57,596 nt of DNA from Sarea resinae (Eukaryota), in NCBI GenBank assembly GCA_026026165.1, contig JAPEUD010000052.1, forward strand, positions 124,001 through 181,596. The letters are read 5' to 3'. The position numbers and the translations under genes are program-made. Below the pieces are notes generated by a model. That model searched no databases. It had not been told where the DNA came from and saw nothing but the letters and a program-made list of their open reading frames with translations. Below are positions 26,736 to 39,232 of the stretch, piece by piece. How positions within the stretch are numbered: position 1 is the first letter of the stretch; each line of letters starts with the position of its first letter.

Positions 26736-27417
26736 GGTTTTGACGGTTTTCATGAGCGAATTTCGATTTATGTTTCGACGAGTTTGATGTTTTAATTAGC
26801 GGTCTTGCTCTTCTCCCTCTATTTTGCATCTGCTTCACGGACGCAGGCTTCGGATGGTTGCCTTGCGATCGATACCCTTCCGATATCATCCTCACCTCAT
26901 CTGAATTTTCGAGCGAGCTCCAGATTGGCTCTAGCATATTACTTGGGATGGCAAATGCTGTGGATTAGCTTCTTTCTGGATAGGAAATGCCGGGGTGGGT
27001 CTGGACTGGGGAGGGATGGAATTACGGACAGAGCATGTGAATGCGTGCCCATATTGTCGTCAGGAACGTTTAATTAGAGATATCAGATCACGTAGCTAGG
27101 TAGCACTCTAATCACAGCAAGAAGAGAATCCGAAAGGAGTGCCTTTTGTGCCCCTCTGAACCACTGATGATGACAGAGACGAGAAGGTTAAAGTGAAGGG
27201 TTTGTGAATGTGATGTCGGGACGTATGCAGATCTTATCGTTCCGATAGGGTTCCATTTGTCGGGTCGATCTCCAGATCTGGCCGGCTCGCGTGGTCACCT
27301 AAGCTCAGAGGTATCTATCTTTATGACGGCCATCTCAATCCCAAAACAACATTCCTGAGCCAAATCGCACGGCCACCGCCCCTCCCCCAACTGGGCTCTC
27401 CCAATGCACCACTCACC

Positions 27418-27715
27418 ATGGCCGACTCCGACGGGGAATATGTGCAGGAGATCTCCGACGACGAGACGAATGCCCACCAGGTGACGCGCGGTGGCGATTA
27501 CGGGACCCGCTCCTCTGGCCGCGGCGCGAGGGGATCAAGAGCGGCGGGTCAGGCGGCACAGCCCAAGGCACGATGGGAGGACATCCAGAGGAGCTGGGAC
27601 CATGTGGTCGAGGGCGCCGATGGGAGCATCAGCGGCACGATTGAGGGGCTGCTGGAAGCCGGCAAGAGGAAGAGGTAGGCGCATCTTCCTCACACTCCTG
27701 GGCCTCTCTGCCTGG

Positions 27716-27757
<42 letters not shown>

Positions 27758-29341
27758 GAATTTAATCAATCTTCAGGCTACTGCGCGACACGACGCCCCT
27801 GCAACGAGGCATCATCCGGCACCTGCTCCTCGTCCTGGATCTCAGCGACGCCATGAAGGAGAAGGATCTCCGTCCGACGCGCTACCTGCTGACGCTCCGC
27901 TACGCCCAGGAGTTCGTCGTCGAGTTCTTCGAACAGAATCCCATCTCCCAGCTCGGCATCATCGGCATGCGTGACGGGCTGGCGGTCCGAATCAGCGATA
28001 TGAGCGGGAACCCCAGCGACCATGTCTCGGCGATCGAGGCGCTGAGACCGCAGGATCCCAAGGGGGATCCGAGCTTGCAGAATGTGCTCGAGATGGCTCG
28101 GGCAGCGTTGTTGTGAGTGAATATCTCGGGGGCCCTTTTCTTTATTGGTGAATTGGTATCATACAGATCCTGACATGAAATCAACAGTCACACGCCGAGC
28201 CACGGCACGCGCGAAGTCCTCATCATCTTCGGCGCCCTCTACTCGTCCGACCCGGGCGACATCCACGAGACGATCCGGTCGCTGATCGCCGACAAGATCC
28301 GGGTCAACGTCGTTGGTCTGGCCGCGCAAGTCGCCATCTGCCGCGAGTTGTGCACCAAGACCAACAACGGCGACGATTGTACGTTTCTCGTTTTCTCTGC
28401 TATCCTCTCCTGCGTCCTAGTCTTTCTTTCTTTCCTCCTGCCTTGATCACACAAGCAAAAACTAAACGAAAGCCCAACGACAAACAGCAACCTACACGAT
28501 CTCGCTCTCAGAGCCGCACTTCCGCGAGCTCTTCCTCGCGCTCACCACCCCGCCCCTGACACTCTCCACGCCCTCGACCTCCGCATCAACGACCTCGCTC
28601 CTCCAGATGGGCTTCCCTTCGCGCACGCTGTCGACGCAACCCTCGCTCTGCGCGTGCCACTCGCGCGCCACGAAACAGGGCTACCTCTGCTCGCGCTGCA
28701 GCAGCAAGGTATGCAGTCTCCCGATCGAGTGTCCGGCCTGCGGTCTCACGCTCATCCTGTCGACCCATCTGGCGCGCTCCTACCACCATCTGTTCCCGCT
28801 GCGCAACTGGAAGGAGGTCGGCTGGCGAGACGCGCGGCGCAGTCGGCAGTGTTTCGGCTGTTTGGCGCCCTTTCCCTCCGGTGGTAAGGGAGAGAAGACC
28901 AGAGAGATGGCCGCGACGGGCGGAGGCGCAGGAGGAGGCGCTATAGGAAGTGTCGGCGTCGGCGTCTCGCCCACCTCCCGCTACGAATGCGAGGCCTGCC
29001 ATCAGCACTTCTGCATCGACTGCGACCTGTTCGCGCACGAGGTCCTGCATAACTGTCCCGGGTGCCAGAGTCTGGCACCTCGTGGTGGTGGTGGTGGTGC
29101 TGCTGCTGCTGCTGCTGCTGGTTCTGGCAGTGGTGCTGACAGTGGTGATATTGATAGTAATGGCGTTGACGGCGTCGGCGTACTCGAGAACGGGAACGCG
29201 AACGCGAACGCGAACGAGACCGGAGGTCTGAACGGCAACCGAACCAACATGTCGGACGAGAGAAACGGGGAGATCGGTAATACTGCTAACAGGAGTAGAG
29301 ATGAGGGTGCGGAGGGGGTGGAAAAGATGGATCTGTCTTGA
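27418..29341 (+). CDS. SSL1: TFIIH subunit p44 (Ssl1), vWA domain plus zinc fingers
   Basis: Motifs RGIIRHLLLVLDLS, EFFEQNPISQLGII, PSLQNVLE, MGFP, CACH, CPACGLTLILSTHLARSYHHLFPL and FCIDCDLFAHEVLHNCPGC. Introns 27675-27776, 28113-28187 and 28379-28487. Confidence 0.95.
27716..27756. repeat. (CTA)13 microsatellite in SSL1 intron 1
   Basis: Perfect CTA run. Confidence 0.9.
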
Positions 29342-30430
29342 TTGATTTTAATCGATTAACCTATCGATTGATTTGATCCGATCTATTCAATCAAATGGAT
29401 CTTTCACTCTTAATCATTCTATTCACTCCATATCATAAAGCCATACAGCTATTTATTCCTCTGTAATTTACTATACCGATTTAGATATCAGATCAAAATA
29501 TCCGATTCATTTATTATTATACAGCAGCTTTTAACGTAATCATAGCGGACGTTGGACATGGGCGGAATAGGAGTTAGGTTTGGCAAAGCCAAGCCCTATC
29601 GCCTATAACCTATAGTCTACAGAGGCAGGTTTCAGTATTAGTAGTATAACATTGTATGGTAGAGTAGAGTAGAGTATAGGATAGGAGAGTAAGGCACAGT
29701 AGAGTATAGCCTAAGGGATAGGGAATAGCACGTCAAAAGAGAGAGGTAGAGACAGAGACAGAGGTAGAAAGAAAGAGACAGAGGTAGAGAGAGAGTAGAG
29801 AATTATATATACTTCTTACCCTCTTAACCTCTTACCCTCTCTATCTTCATATATCTTTATATCTATATCTATATCTATATCTCCATCTGTCTGTCTCTCT
29901 CTATTACCACCATCTCTCTCCCCCCCCCCCTCCCCTCTCTTTCACATCGAGCAACAGCAAACAGCAAACAGCAAACAGCAAGCAGAAAACAGAAAACCCG
30001 GCCGAGTCCATGGCGAGGAACCAGACCGACAGACAAAACAGTCAGACTCGGTATATCTCTAGCATTGCTTGCTCTTTCCCTGACAAGAAAAACCTACAAG
30101 TACGATTCCATCTCAACTCAACTCAACTCAACTCAACTCGTCACATCTCATTCTCATCTTTTCCAGCTGTGCTTTAAGACTAATATGACATTTGACGAAG
30201 CCCCCCCTCCCTTCTCTTGCCCCCCGCCCCCCACAAAAAGCGTACATGCGATCATCTATCTCCATCTCGAGAGGGAGAGAGGGAGAAGAAAGGCCAAAAA
30301 GGGGCATTCACTTTATTCACGCACCAGCACCAAGAGGCCACCCGCTAGGTATCTACGAACCCCGTCCATCCATCAACCACTTCATACACAACACAGGACA
30401 ACACACACAACACACACAACACAACATCCA
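29342..30430. repeat. Low-complexity/microsatellite island between convergent SSL1 and COX5
   Basis: GATT-, AGAGT-, GA-, ATATCT-, (CAGCAAA)n, (ACTCA)n and CA-rich runs, with a TpA-rich core at ~29590-29910. Confidence 0.85.
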
Positions 30431-30778
30431 CCATGTTGAATGCCACATCCCCCGCCCCGTTCCCCTTTAGCGATCGACAAATCCCCCCTTCAGCCCCGTC
30501 TGCCATTTCCCCGTATAGCCCTCATCCTCGTATCCCCGAGCCAGGTGTCCACGAACAAGCATGTCGATCAATCGATCGCAGCAGATCCGCTGAGACAAGT
30601 CGCTCCAGCAGGCAGGTTCGAAGAGTGTATCGTAGTAGTTGTTATATTTTTCGGTCTTGTATACAAGAGGCATAGGGGATGCAAAGAGAAAGGAAAGAGG
30701 AAAAGAAAGATGAGTCTGGGAAGTTTGCTAGCCACTGCTGGAGAACGAGGGGTCCCCGCCACGCGACGCGAGGCAGAT

Positions 30779-31569
30779 CTAAGACTTGGCCGGACGGCTC
30801 TGGACTTGACCGGCGCCCGTGTAGCCAGGGGCGGAGATACCGGTGATGGGCTCGACGTTTTGGGCCTGTGCATGTCAGCGACCTGTGGGTTAAAGGGAGC
30901 GGCGCACTTCGAGTTGAAGTATTGCGTGTCGATGGTGAACATACCTTCAGGTACTCGTTGCTCTTCTCTTGGTACTCCTTGGTCATGGTCGATGGTCCCG
31001 GCTTGGCGCCGAGTCGACTGAGCCAGGTCAGGAAGAGAGCAAAGGAGACACCGGCCAAGGTGTAACCGGCAATCTTCCAGCCCTCGCCTGGAGCGGACTG
31101 GGCACGGGGGCCGTGAGGACCGAAAGCAATCCAGTAGGCTGTCGATGAGGGGATGCGTTAGCTTTGTGATCTGGCTGGTTCGTGATTCGTGCCACGCGAA
31201 TCGAAGATGGACGAGCTCTCATCTGATGACGCGGAGCCATTGAAGGAGCATCCACGCCTCAATGGCAGCCATTGTGCGTCCCAACTCGGCACCGTCAAGC
31301 TACATACCAGCCTTCTTCTCTTGCAGAGTCAACTCATGCCAATCCGTCTTCATCCGGTCCCGGAGAGCCATCCACAGATCGGCCTGCTCCTGAGGCGGCA
31401 TGACCTCCCATCGCTTCTCGATGTCGGCCAGCGTCGGGTTCGAGACAGCATGAGCCTGGCGGGCCTGGTTCGCACACACGGCCAGAGAGGGCTTCGAGGC
31501 GCGCAGAGCTGCTTGGCGGGAGACGAGGGCAGCTGAGCCGCCGACCCGGGTGATGGACGATCGGAACAT
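30779..31569 (-). CDS. COX5: Cytochrome c oxidase subunit 5 (COX IV family), mitochondrial precursor
   Basis: Presequence MFRSSITRV, then SNPTLADIEKRWE, DWHELTLQEKKAAYWIAFGPHGPR, TMTKEYQEKSNEYLK and EPITGIS. Introns 31307-31139 and 30944-30866. Confidence 0.95.
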
Positions 31570-32039
31570 GGTTTTTTTTTGTGGTTTGAATTGAGGAGCG
31601 GAGATTGGTCAAGACGAGCCCTGCGGAAGGAAAGTGAGGTCCGAGAGAACTTCCTCACTCGAGCGGTCAGGCGGGATTGGAAGTCAGGAAGAGGAGACAA
31701 TGGAAGGGGGGTGGAAATTGAAGACGGGAGGAGGAGCAGGAGGTGATGGAAGAGGTTCCTGGTTCCCGGGAGTGGAACTGGGGGAGAGTGAGGTTTCTCG
31801 CTTGTGCGGTAGGTGGTAGGTAGCAGTGTAGTACTACGTAGTAGGTACTCATCCTACTACGTAGTACCCATAGTAGCTGGAGGTACTACGAGTACCGTAG
31901 CCCGGTCGCGAGAGGACGGAGAAGAGACGAACTGCTGCTGCTTCCCTTCCCTTACCGTACTGCGTGTAGTCCCACTGTCGCCCTTCCCGCGCTTCCTCTT
32001 TCCCTTCTAGTGCGCCAAAGTCACCCGATTCTGACCCGT

Positions 32040-32051
32040 GCTGATTGGCCC
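32040..32051 (-). promoter_or_regulatory. CCAAT box (GGGCCAATCAGC) upstream of COX5
   Basis: Strong-consensus CCAATCA on the COX5 coding strand, ~475 bp upstream of the ATG. Confidence 0.4.
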
Positions 32052-32630
32052 ACGCGAGCGAAAACGGCACATTTCGACATGATAGGCAAAGGCCATGGAC
32101 ATTTACAGTTAGGGGCCATGGAGTAGCAGCTCTCGGGGACAGCAGGCTGGATAAGGCGGGTGGACGGTAGACCGTATGGAGAAGGCTGGATCAAGGTGGA
32201 GAGGGAGACGAGCGGAGAGGAGAGAGACGGGCAATATATATCCAGAGAGATCCAGGGTCGATGATGAGGGTGGTCGGAAGATGCGTGCATGCATCGTCGG
32301 CCTTGCTGACTGTTGGATTGTGAGCACATTGATGCATCGGTGCGACCAGTGAGACAAAACATCCATGGTGTGTCAATAGCATCGGACCATTGATGGCCCA
32401 TCTACCTCCCTGTCTCTGCCTTGAGCCCTCAACCTCAAACACTCCAGCTGCCATCCGCGGAACGTGGTCTTGACGTACAGCGATCATGAACTTCTTGATT
32501 CCTTTACGGCCTAGCGTGATCACTGTTGATATGGATTCCAACTACAAGGTAAATATGACGAAAATCAAGAACATTGGTCTGCACGTATGAGCAAGACTAT
32601 CGATAGTCAAACAAACAGCCTTGAAGGTCC

Positions 32631-33383
32631 TCATCCCCGGGACTTATACATCAACGCCACGCCTCGAACACGCCCATCCCATGTATTACCCAGATCTCCT
32701 CGTGGCTCGATCGAAGCTCCTTGAGACCTTCCTCTGCTTTCTTCGCATGCTCCTCGAAACGCCTCCAAGTCTTCCTGCTTGGCTTCAGAAGTCGCGTACT
32801 TTGCTCCAGAAGTCGTGTTCTTGGCATCCTCTTTGCTAGGGTTTTCGGCCGAATACAAGCTGTCAGAAGTTTGCTGCCAGCAATCCATGAAGTCGGTGAA
32901 ACCTGCTTGCCCACTCTCCCCCGTCGTCTTCGCATCTTTCCCCGTAGCACATGGCATTGGGCGCGGATATCTTGGTGCCATCGCGGCTATAGCGCTTCTC
33001 CTGTTCACTTTGCGTGGCACCGAGGGCAGACGATTGGGGGGGGTGTCTCTGACAGAACAATTGCTTAGCATCGCTGAAAGATCACCAAGTTGCAGGTCTT
33101 CATTTCGTCCCCGACTTTGCTTGGGTGGCGTGTTTGACGGCCTGCCCAGTGCCGTTTGAGACGGTCCCGTACTTCGGCCACCTATTGGTACTCTGTTTAT
33201 TTTCACTTTTCGAGCCCTTCGAGCCCTTCGAGGTTTTTCAACTTTCCCCACATTTGCGCATCTTCTTTCCCGCAGAACCAGTCTATGTCTCTGTTCGAGG
33301 TCAACTTTTGCGAGACAATAAAGCATATCTGGCACGAGGGTGGCGGTATCAATGGCGTCCCACATGTCAACTTTGCTGGACAT
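32631..33383 (-). CDS. Hypothetical 250-aa protein (basic N-terminal half, helical/charged C-terminus)
   Basis: ATG-initiated intronless ORF with protein-like composition (KPRRARRARKVK basic patch, EAKQEDLEAFRGACEE). No family recognised. Confidence 0.4.
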   Translation of the reverse strand: MSSKVDMWDAIDTATLVPDMLYCLAKVDLEQRHRLVLRERRCANVGKVEKPRRARRARKVKINRVPIGGRSTGPSQTALGRPSNTPPKQSRGRNEDLQLGDLSAMLSNCSVRDTPPNRLPSVPRKVNRRSAIAAMAPRYPRPMPCATGKDAKTTGESGQAGFTDFMDCWQQTSDSLYSAENPSKEDAKNTTSGAKYATSEAKQEDLEAFRGACEESRGRSQGASIEPRGDLGNTWDGRVRGVALMYKSRG

Positions 33384-36338
33384 AATTGCTGAGTTTGCAC
33401 ATAACGAATTGTTTGGGTAGCAGCGAGCCCAGCTGTTTAAGTACTGGTGAAAAGGCTGATGTGGCCTCAGTCACAATCAAAATAATGACCGTCCAGGTGT
33501 TATGTATTGCTGGGGCTCACCCACCACATATCGTACCAGGACAAGTGCAGCGACAAACTGGACAAAGCAATAGCTTGTATCGAATCCTGTCGACAAGAGC
33601 AGCAAGAATTGTATATGCAGCAAAACTTACATGATGCTCTGAATCATGCCATTTGGCCATTGTGAGACAGCCGTGTAGAGTGCGAAAGAGAAGAGAGAGA
33701 ATGCGAATGCGAGCCGACATTCGGGAAAGGCAAAGCCGGGCAGAGACTCGAAAGACAACAGCAATCAAACTTCGATAGCAATGAATCCCTATCATTGATA
33801 GGCCAGCCCATTTCATATCTACATCGATCACCTCCTTGCCTCTTCTCGGCTGTCTTTGCTTCTGACCTCGCCTCAAGTAAAGATGTTTGGACGTACGATT
33901 TCAAAAAAGGGTTCGTGAAAAGAAAAGTCTGACCATTGATAGCCGACTGCGAAGGGAAAAAGCACATCTCGAGGGATGATACGATGGGGGGAATAGGATC
34001 CAAGCAACAGACAAAGTTTCGACCACTGGGATACCCTCGCGGGCTGGCTGGCCTGTGGCCATAGCACGGCTTCAATCTATCAAGTACCAAGGCCACCTGC
34101 ATATCCATCTGTGGATGCCCGAGGCCATCGTCACGCAGATCGTACACCACTTATATGGGTCATTAATGCAGGTACCGCGGCAACCAGCAGCATCACCCGA
34201 CTCTGTGCCCCGGGTTCAGAGGCATATTGGATTATCGAAGACTGATATTGCCAAGCCGTGTCGAGTGGGAGGGAGGGTGGGGGGTGAGCAGGCGTGCGAG
34301 TGAGGCGGAGTCGGAATTGAAAGGCATCCTGCAAATTGTGGATTTATACCCTACTTATACGTCCAATTCTCGATTTGCGTATCATCTTGAACACGGACTG
34401 CGAACTGGGCAGTCAGCTTACGGTGATCCCGCAAGTGATCCCATCCCGACCATCAACAGTCTTGGGTGATGGTGGTGCCATCCATATCAGATATACTGCG
34501 CAGTACCGTAGCTTCGTACTATTTTGCTGGCGAGTGAAACAACTTCAGGGCTACTGCTAGGAGCCCTGAAGGCGACTAGCTCTTCGTCTGCGTGAATAAA
34601 GTCGCCAAGATGGAGCTTTTGGCTCCTGACGCCGCCGGTCGGCATCCATTCCCGGCCAGACGTCCGAGAGGATCATGCACATCCAGATCTGCTAGATTAT
34701 TCTTATTGATTCTGATGATTTGTGAATGCGGTCTGCCTCTTGACACCACAATGCTACAGTACCTCACCTAAGACATGGAAAAGGCTGGATGGAACAGAAC
34801 AGCCAAAGGGCAACTCTCGCCGCCGTCACGAGAGGGGCATAAATCTCTCATGGCCGTATACTGCGGTATTCAACGCAATCAGCTTACCAGCCCTCCACCA
34901 CCCCTCTCTCCATACTGCCGGTATCCATCACTCCAGAGGGATCGATAGTGATATAGTGATACAAAACAATTATATCATCTGTGTCCATCGTGGATACGTG
35001 CGCAATATTAATGACATCCATGGATGGCAGATTCGGACCGTTGATGGTAGTGCTGTCGCTAAGGTTCTTCTGCGGTCTTGGTAGCTCGACTATTGAGTTT
35101 GACTGGCCCGATCATGATCATTCTCCTCAGGCGACCTGACTTCCAGGTGGGAGCGGCAACCCTGGCAAAGCCAGCGGCCCTCGCTGGCCAGCGGCAGAAA
35201 AGAGAGACATCCCACAGATGCGATTCAAGCTTATTTTACCTTGGGTGGAGGTATCTCCAAGTAGCCCCCCTCACTAGTACTGGCGTCGAGTACGGGATTG
35301 GCTGCCATCGTGATAATCGAGATCTCCGCTCTCCCAGGCAGACCCCGCGGCGATGGTTGTTTCTCGAAGCTGCCATTGATCCAAGCGGAGTACTCGAGTT
35401 CGTACGAATTATTCAGTGCGACCAGCACCGAAGTCGAGGCCAACCCTTGTCCCGGCCGAGGTGCACGGGAAGGTACGAAAACAGGTCGAACAGTATTCTC
35501 GCGCCCTACGGTGCTAGACTTGAAAAGAGAGGCCGTGTTGATCGTGTTGATGGAGCTTTGTGTCTGGGAGGGTCACCCCATTGGTGTGTACCGGCGGGAT
35601 CCGGATGATTTGTCGTGACATGTTACCGACATCCCGACACGTGGTGATGGGCAGAGAAGAGAGCCCGAGATTACCTTACCTTCCCGACTACGACGGAGCA
35701 CTACTCTACGCTGGGTGGGTGTGGGTGTGCGTTTGTGTGCGTGTGCGTGTGCAAAAAGTCCGCTGTCCGCGGCGTCGTCGAGTGTCCCACTGTGTCAGTA
35801 AAACCCGCAGTGGAATGGATCGATCGTCAATAATTAGTCGTGGTAAGACGACGCAGTACGAACTCAAGTAAGTCACAATGCTATGGATGTACATGGCATG
35901 GTAGGTTGCGCGGTTTGATAGCGATGATAGCGCGCAGAGAGGCGGCAGAGTAGTGTCATACCATCTCACGACGCAGGACTGCCCGCTCGTGGGCTGCGGG
36001 CAGGCTTGCTTGTAGGCTCCTCGTAGGCTCGTCGTAGTTCCAATATTGGAGCATGGACTGGGCATGGCCGTGGATCATCTGAGTGTAGGAAGACTTTCCG
36101 ATGAATAACAGCCTATGACGAAGTACCAAGTACCCAAGTATCGACGACGTTGAACCGCCGACCGGGGCGTTACCAATGCCACTCTAAGCGAATACTGCCT
36201 CAACTCGCTCAGTTAAAGGCAGCCCCCCACCCCACCACCGTCCGTCCTTTCTGCTCCTCAGAGATCAATCACTCCAAAACATCCTACAACAATCATCAAC
36301 ATCTTCCTAGAACAGTCTACTCATACCTATCTCCTCAA

Positions 36339-36424
36339 GTAAGTGTCTTCTCCTCGTGGGATCTTCCTTCGTCGTGGAAGACTCGAATGAAAGTAGACGA
36401 GCGAGAGCTGACCATGGACGATAG
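36339..36424 (+). other. 5'-UTR intron of GAPDH
   Basis: GTAAGT donor, GCTGAC branch site and TAG acceptor 8 nt before the ATG. A leader intron is known in Aspergillus gpdA. Confidence 0.75.
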
Positions 36425-36432
36425 AAATCATC

Positions 36433-37785
<1,353 letters not shown>

Positions 37786-39232
37786 ATAGTACGATGAGGA
37801 AGCCGTTGGGCTTATTCGAAGGATATTTGCGAACCGGCCATAACGCTTTTCTCGTCAACAATGGTTTGCGGAACATGAGAAATGGGAACGGAAGCTTTTA
37901 ATGATAGTTACGGATAGAAAAATAAATGATCATGACCCAAATTCATGAGAGCTCATTTTTGATCAACTATTTGCCAATTTTCAACGATCTGTAGAAGCGT
38001 CCCAATCGAAGTATACTCCGTAGTCTGTATCTGTCTGTTTCGACGGGTGAAGCAAGTGGCTTTCTATCTATCATCCTGAATATGGCGAAAGGTATCATTA
38101 AACGACTCGAGCTCAATTTAGAGTTTGGAGTCTTGCGATTGCGTGGCTCAGCCAACTTGACGGAAATGAGATATCAACTTTGTCGTAATAAAGCCAACGA
38201 ATTGAGAAATTGAGCTTCCAAACTTCGAAACAGCGTCGAGCACATTTTGTAGAGCAATCATTTTATATCGATCGATAGCGGTGTCAAGAAAGAGCCGGAG
38301 AGAAACAGCTCTAGACAGATCCGGCATTTGCCGAAGAGCTTCATCGATGCACGCGCTATTCCCTCCTCGACCCTTGCTATCTTAACCCCGAGCATCTGGA
38401 ATATCGGAAAACCACCAATATAACGCGCTCTTTATTTCTATCTCTTATAGCCCACGCATGGGGATAGGTGCCATGTGTTGTCCACACTCTCTGTGAGGGA
38501 CATGATCCCGACATTCTTAGCTTGACTGGGTTAAGTACTTGTCCGTCACCTGAATGATATCGGTATATATAAGCCGCATTCCTCGAGCATTGCTGAATGA
38601 TCGACTGACTGAATAGATTAGATTGTTTGAGATTGTGCAGTTGTCTCCGCATAGTAAGGCAATGTGTCTCCTTTCTTGAAAAGCGAATGTTGTTCTAGAC
38701 CCTCGTGTTCATTTCTGCTATCTTTCAATCCTGAGCCCATAACACCATGGCGAATCTCTTGTGCATGAAGAGCTTGTCTTTGAAAGAAATTTCAGCATTT
38801 TGTTTTTCCTAGCACAGAATAGATTCAGTCTTATTCTTCGCATCATCAGTGCTTTTCCCTGCTTTAGACTGTATCAGGAAGTGCTCGCTGACTGTGGCAC
38901 TGCTGGCCATTCAGAAATCTGTCTGGTTATCGCATCAGGGGAAGACTGTATTGCAGACTTCCTCTGCTCCGTATCTGTGACGCACTCTCATTGGATTTTT
39001 GATTGTGGTTCGTCGTGCAGCTTGGATACCCCTTGGTAAGAAGATAGACGGCGCAAGCAGACTTGTTGAATGGTCGTGCCCTTGGTCTCGGCGCTCACTG
39101 CTCACGACTAAGCTCCCAATCAATCATTGTCATAAGAAGACAAGCTGCACCTGATTACTTCTATACTTCTCGTTCCCTCTCAATTTAGTTTCATCACGAT
39201 GCAACGTTGACAACTCATCACTGAGCTCATCC

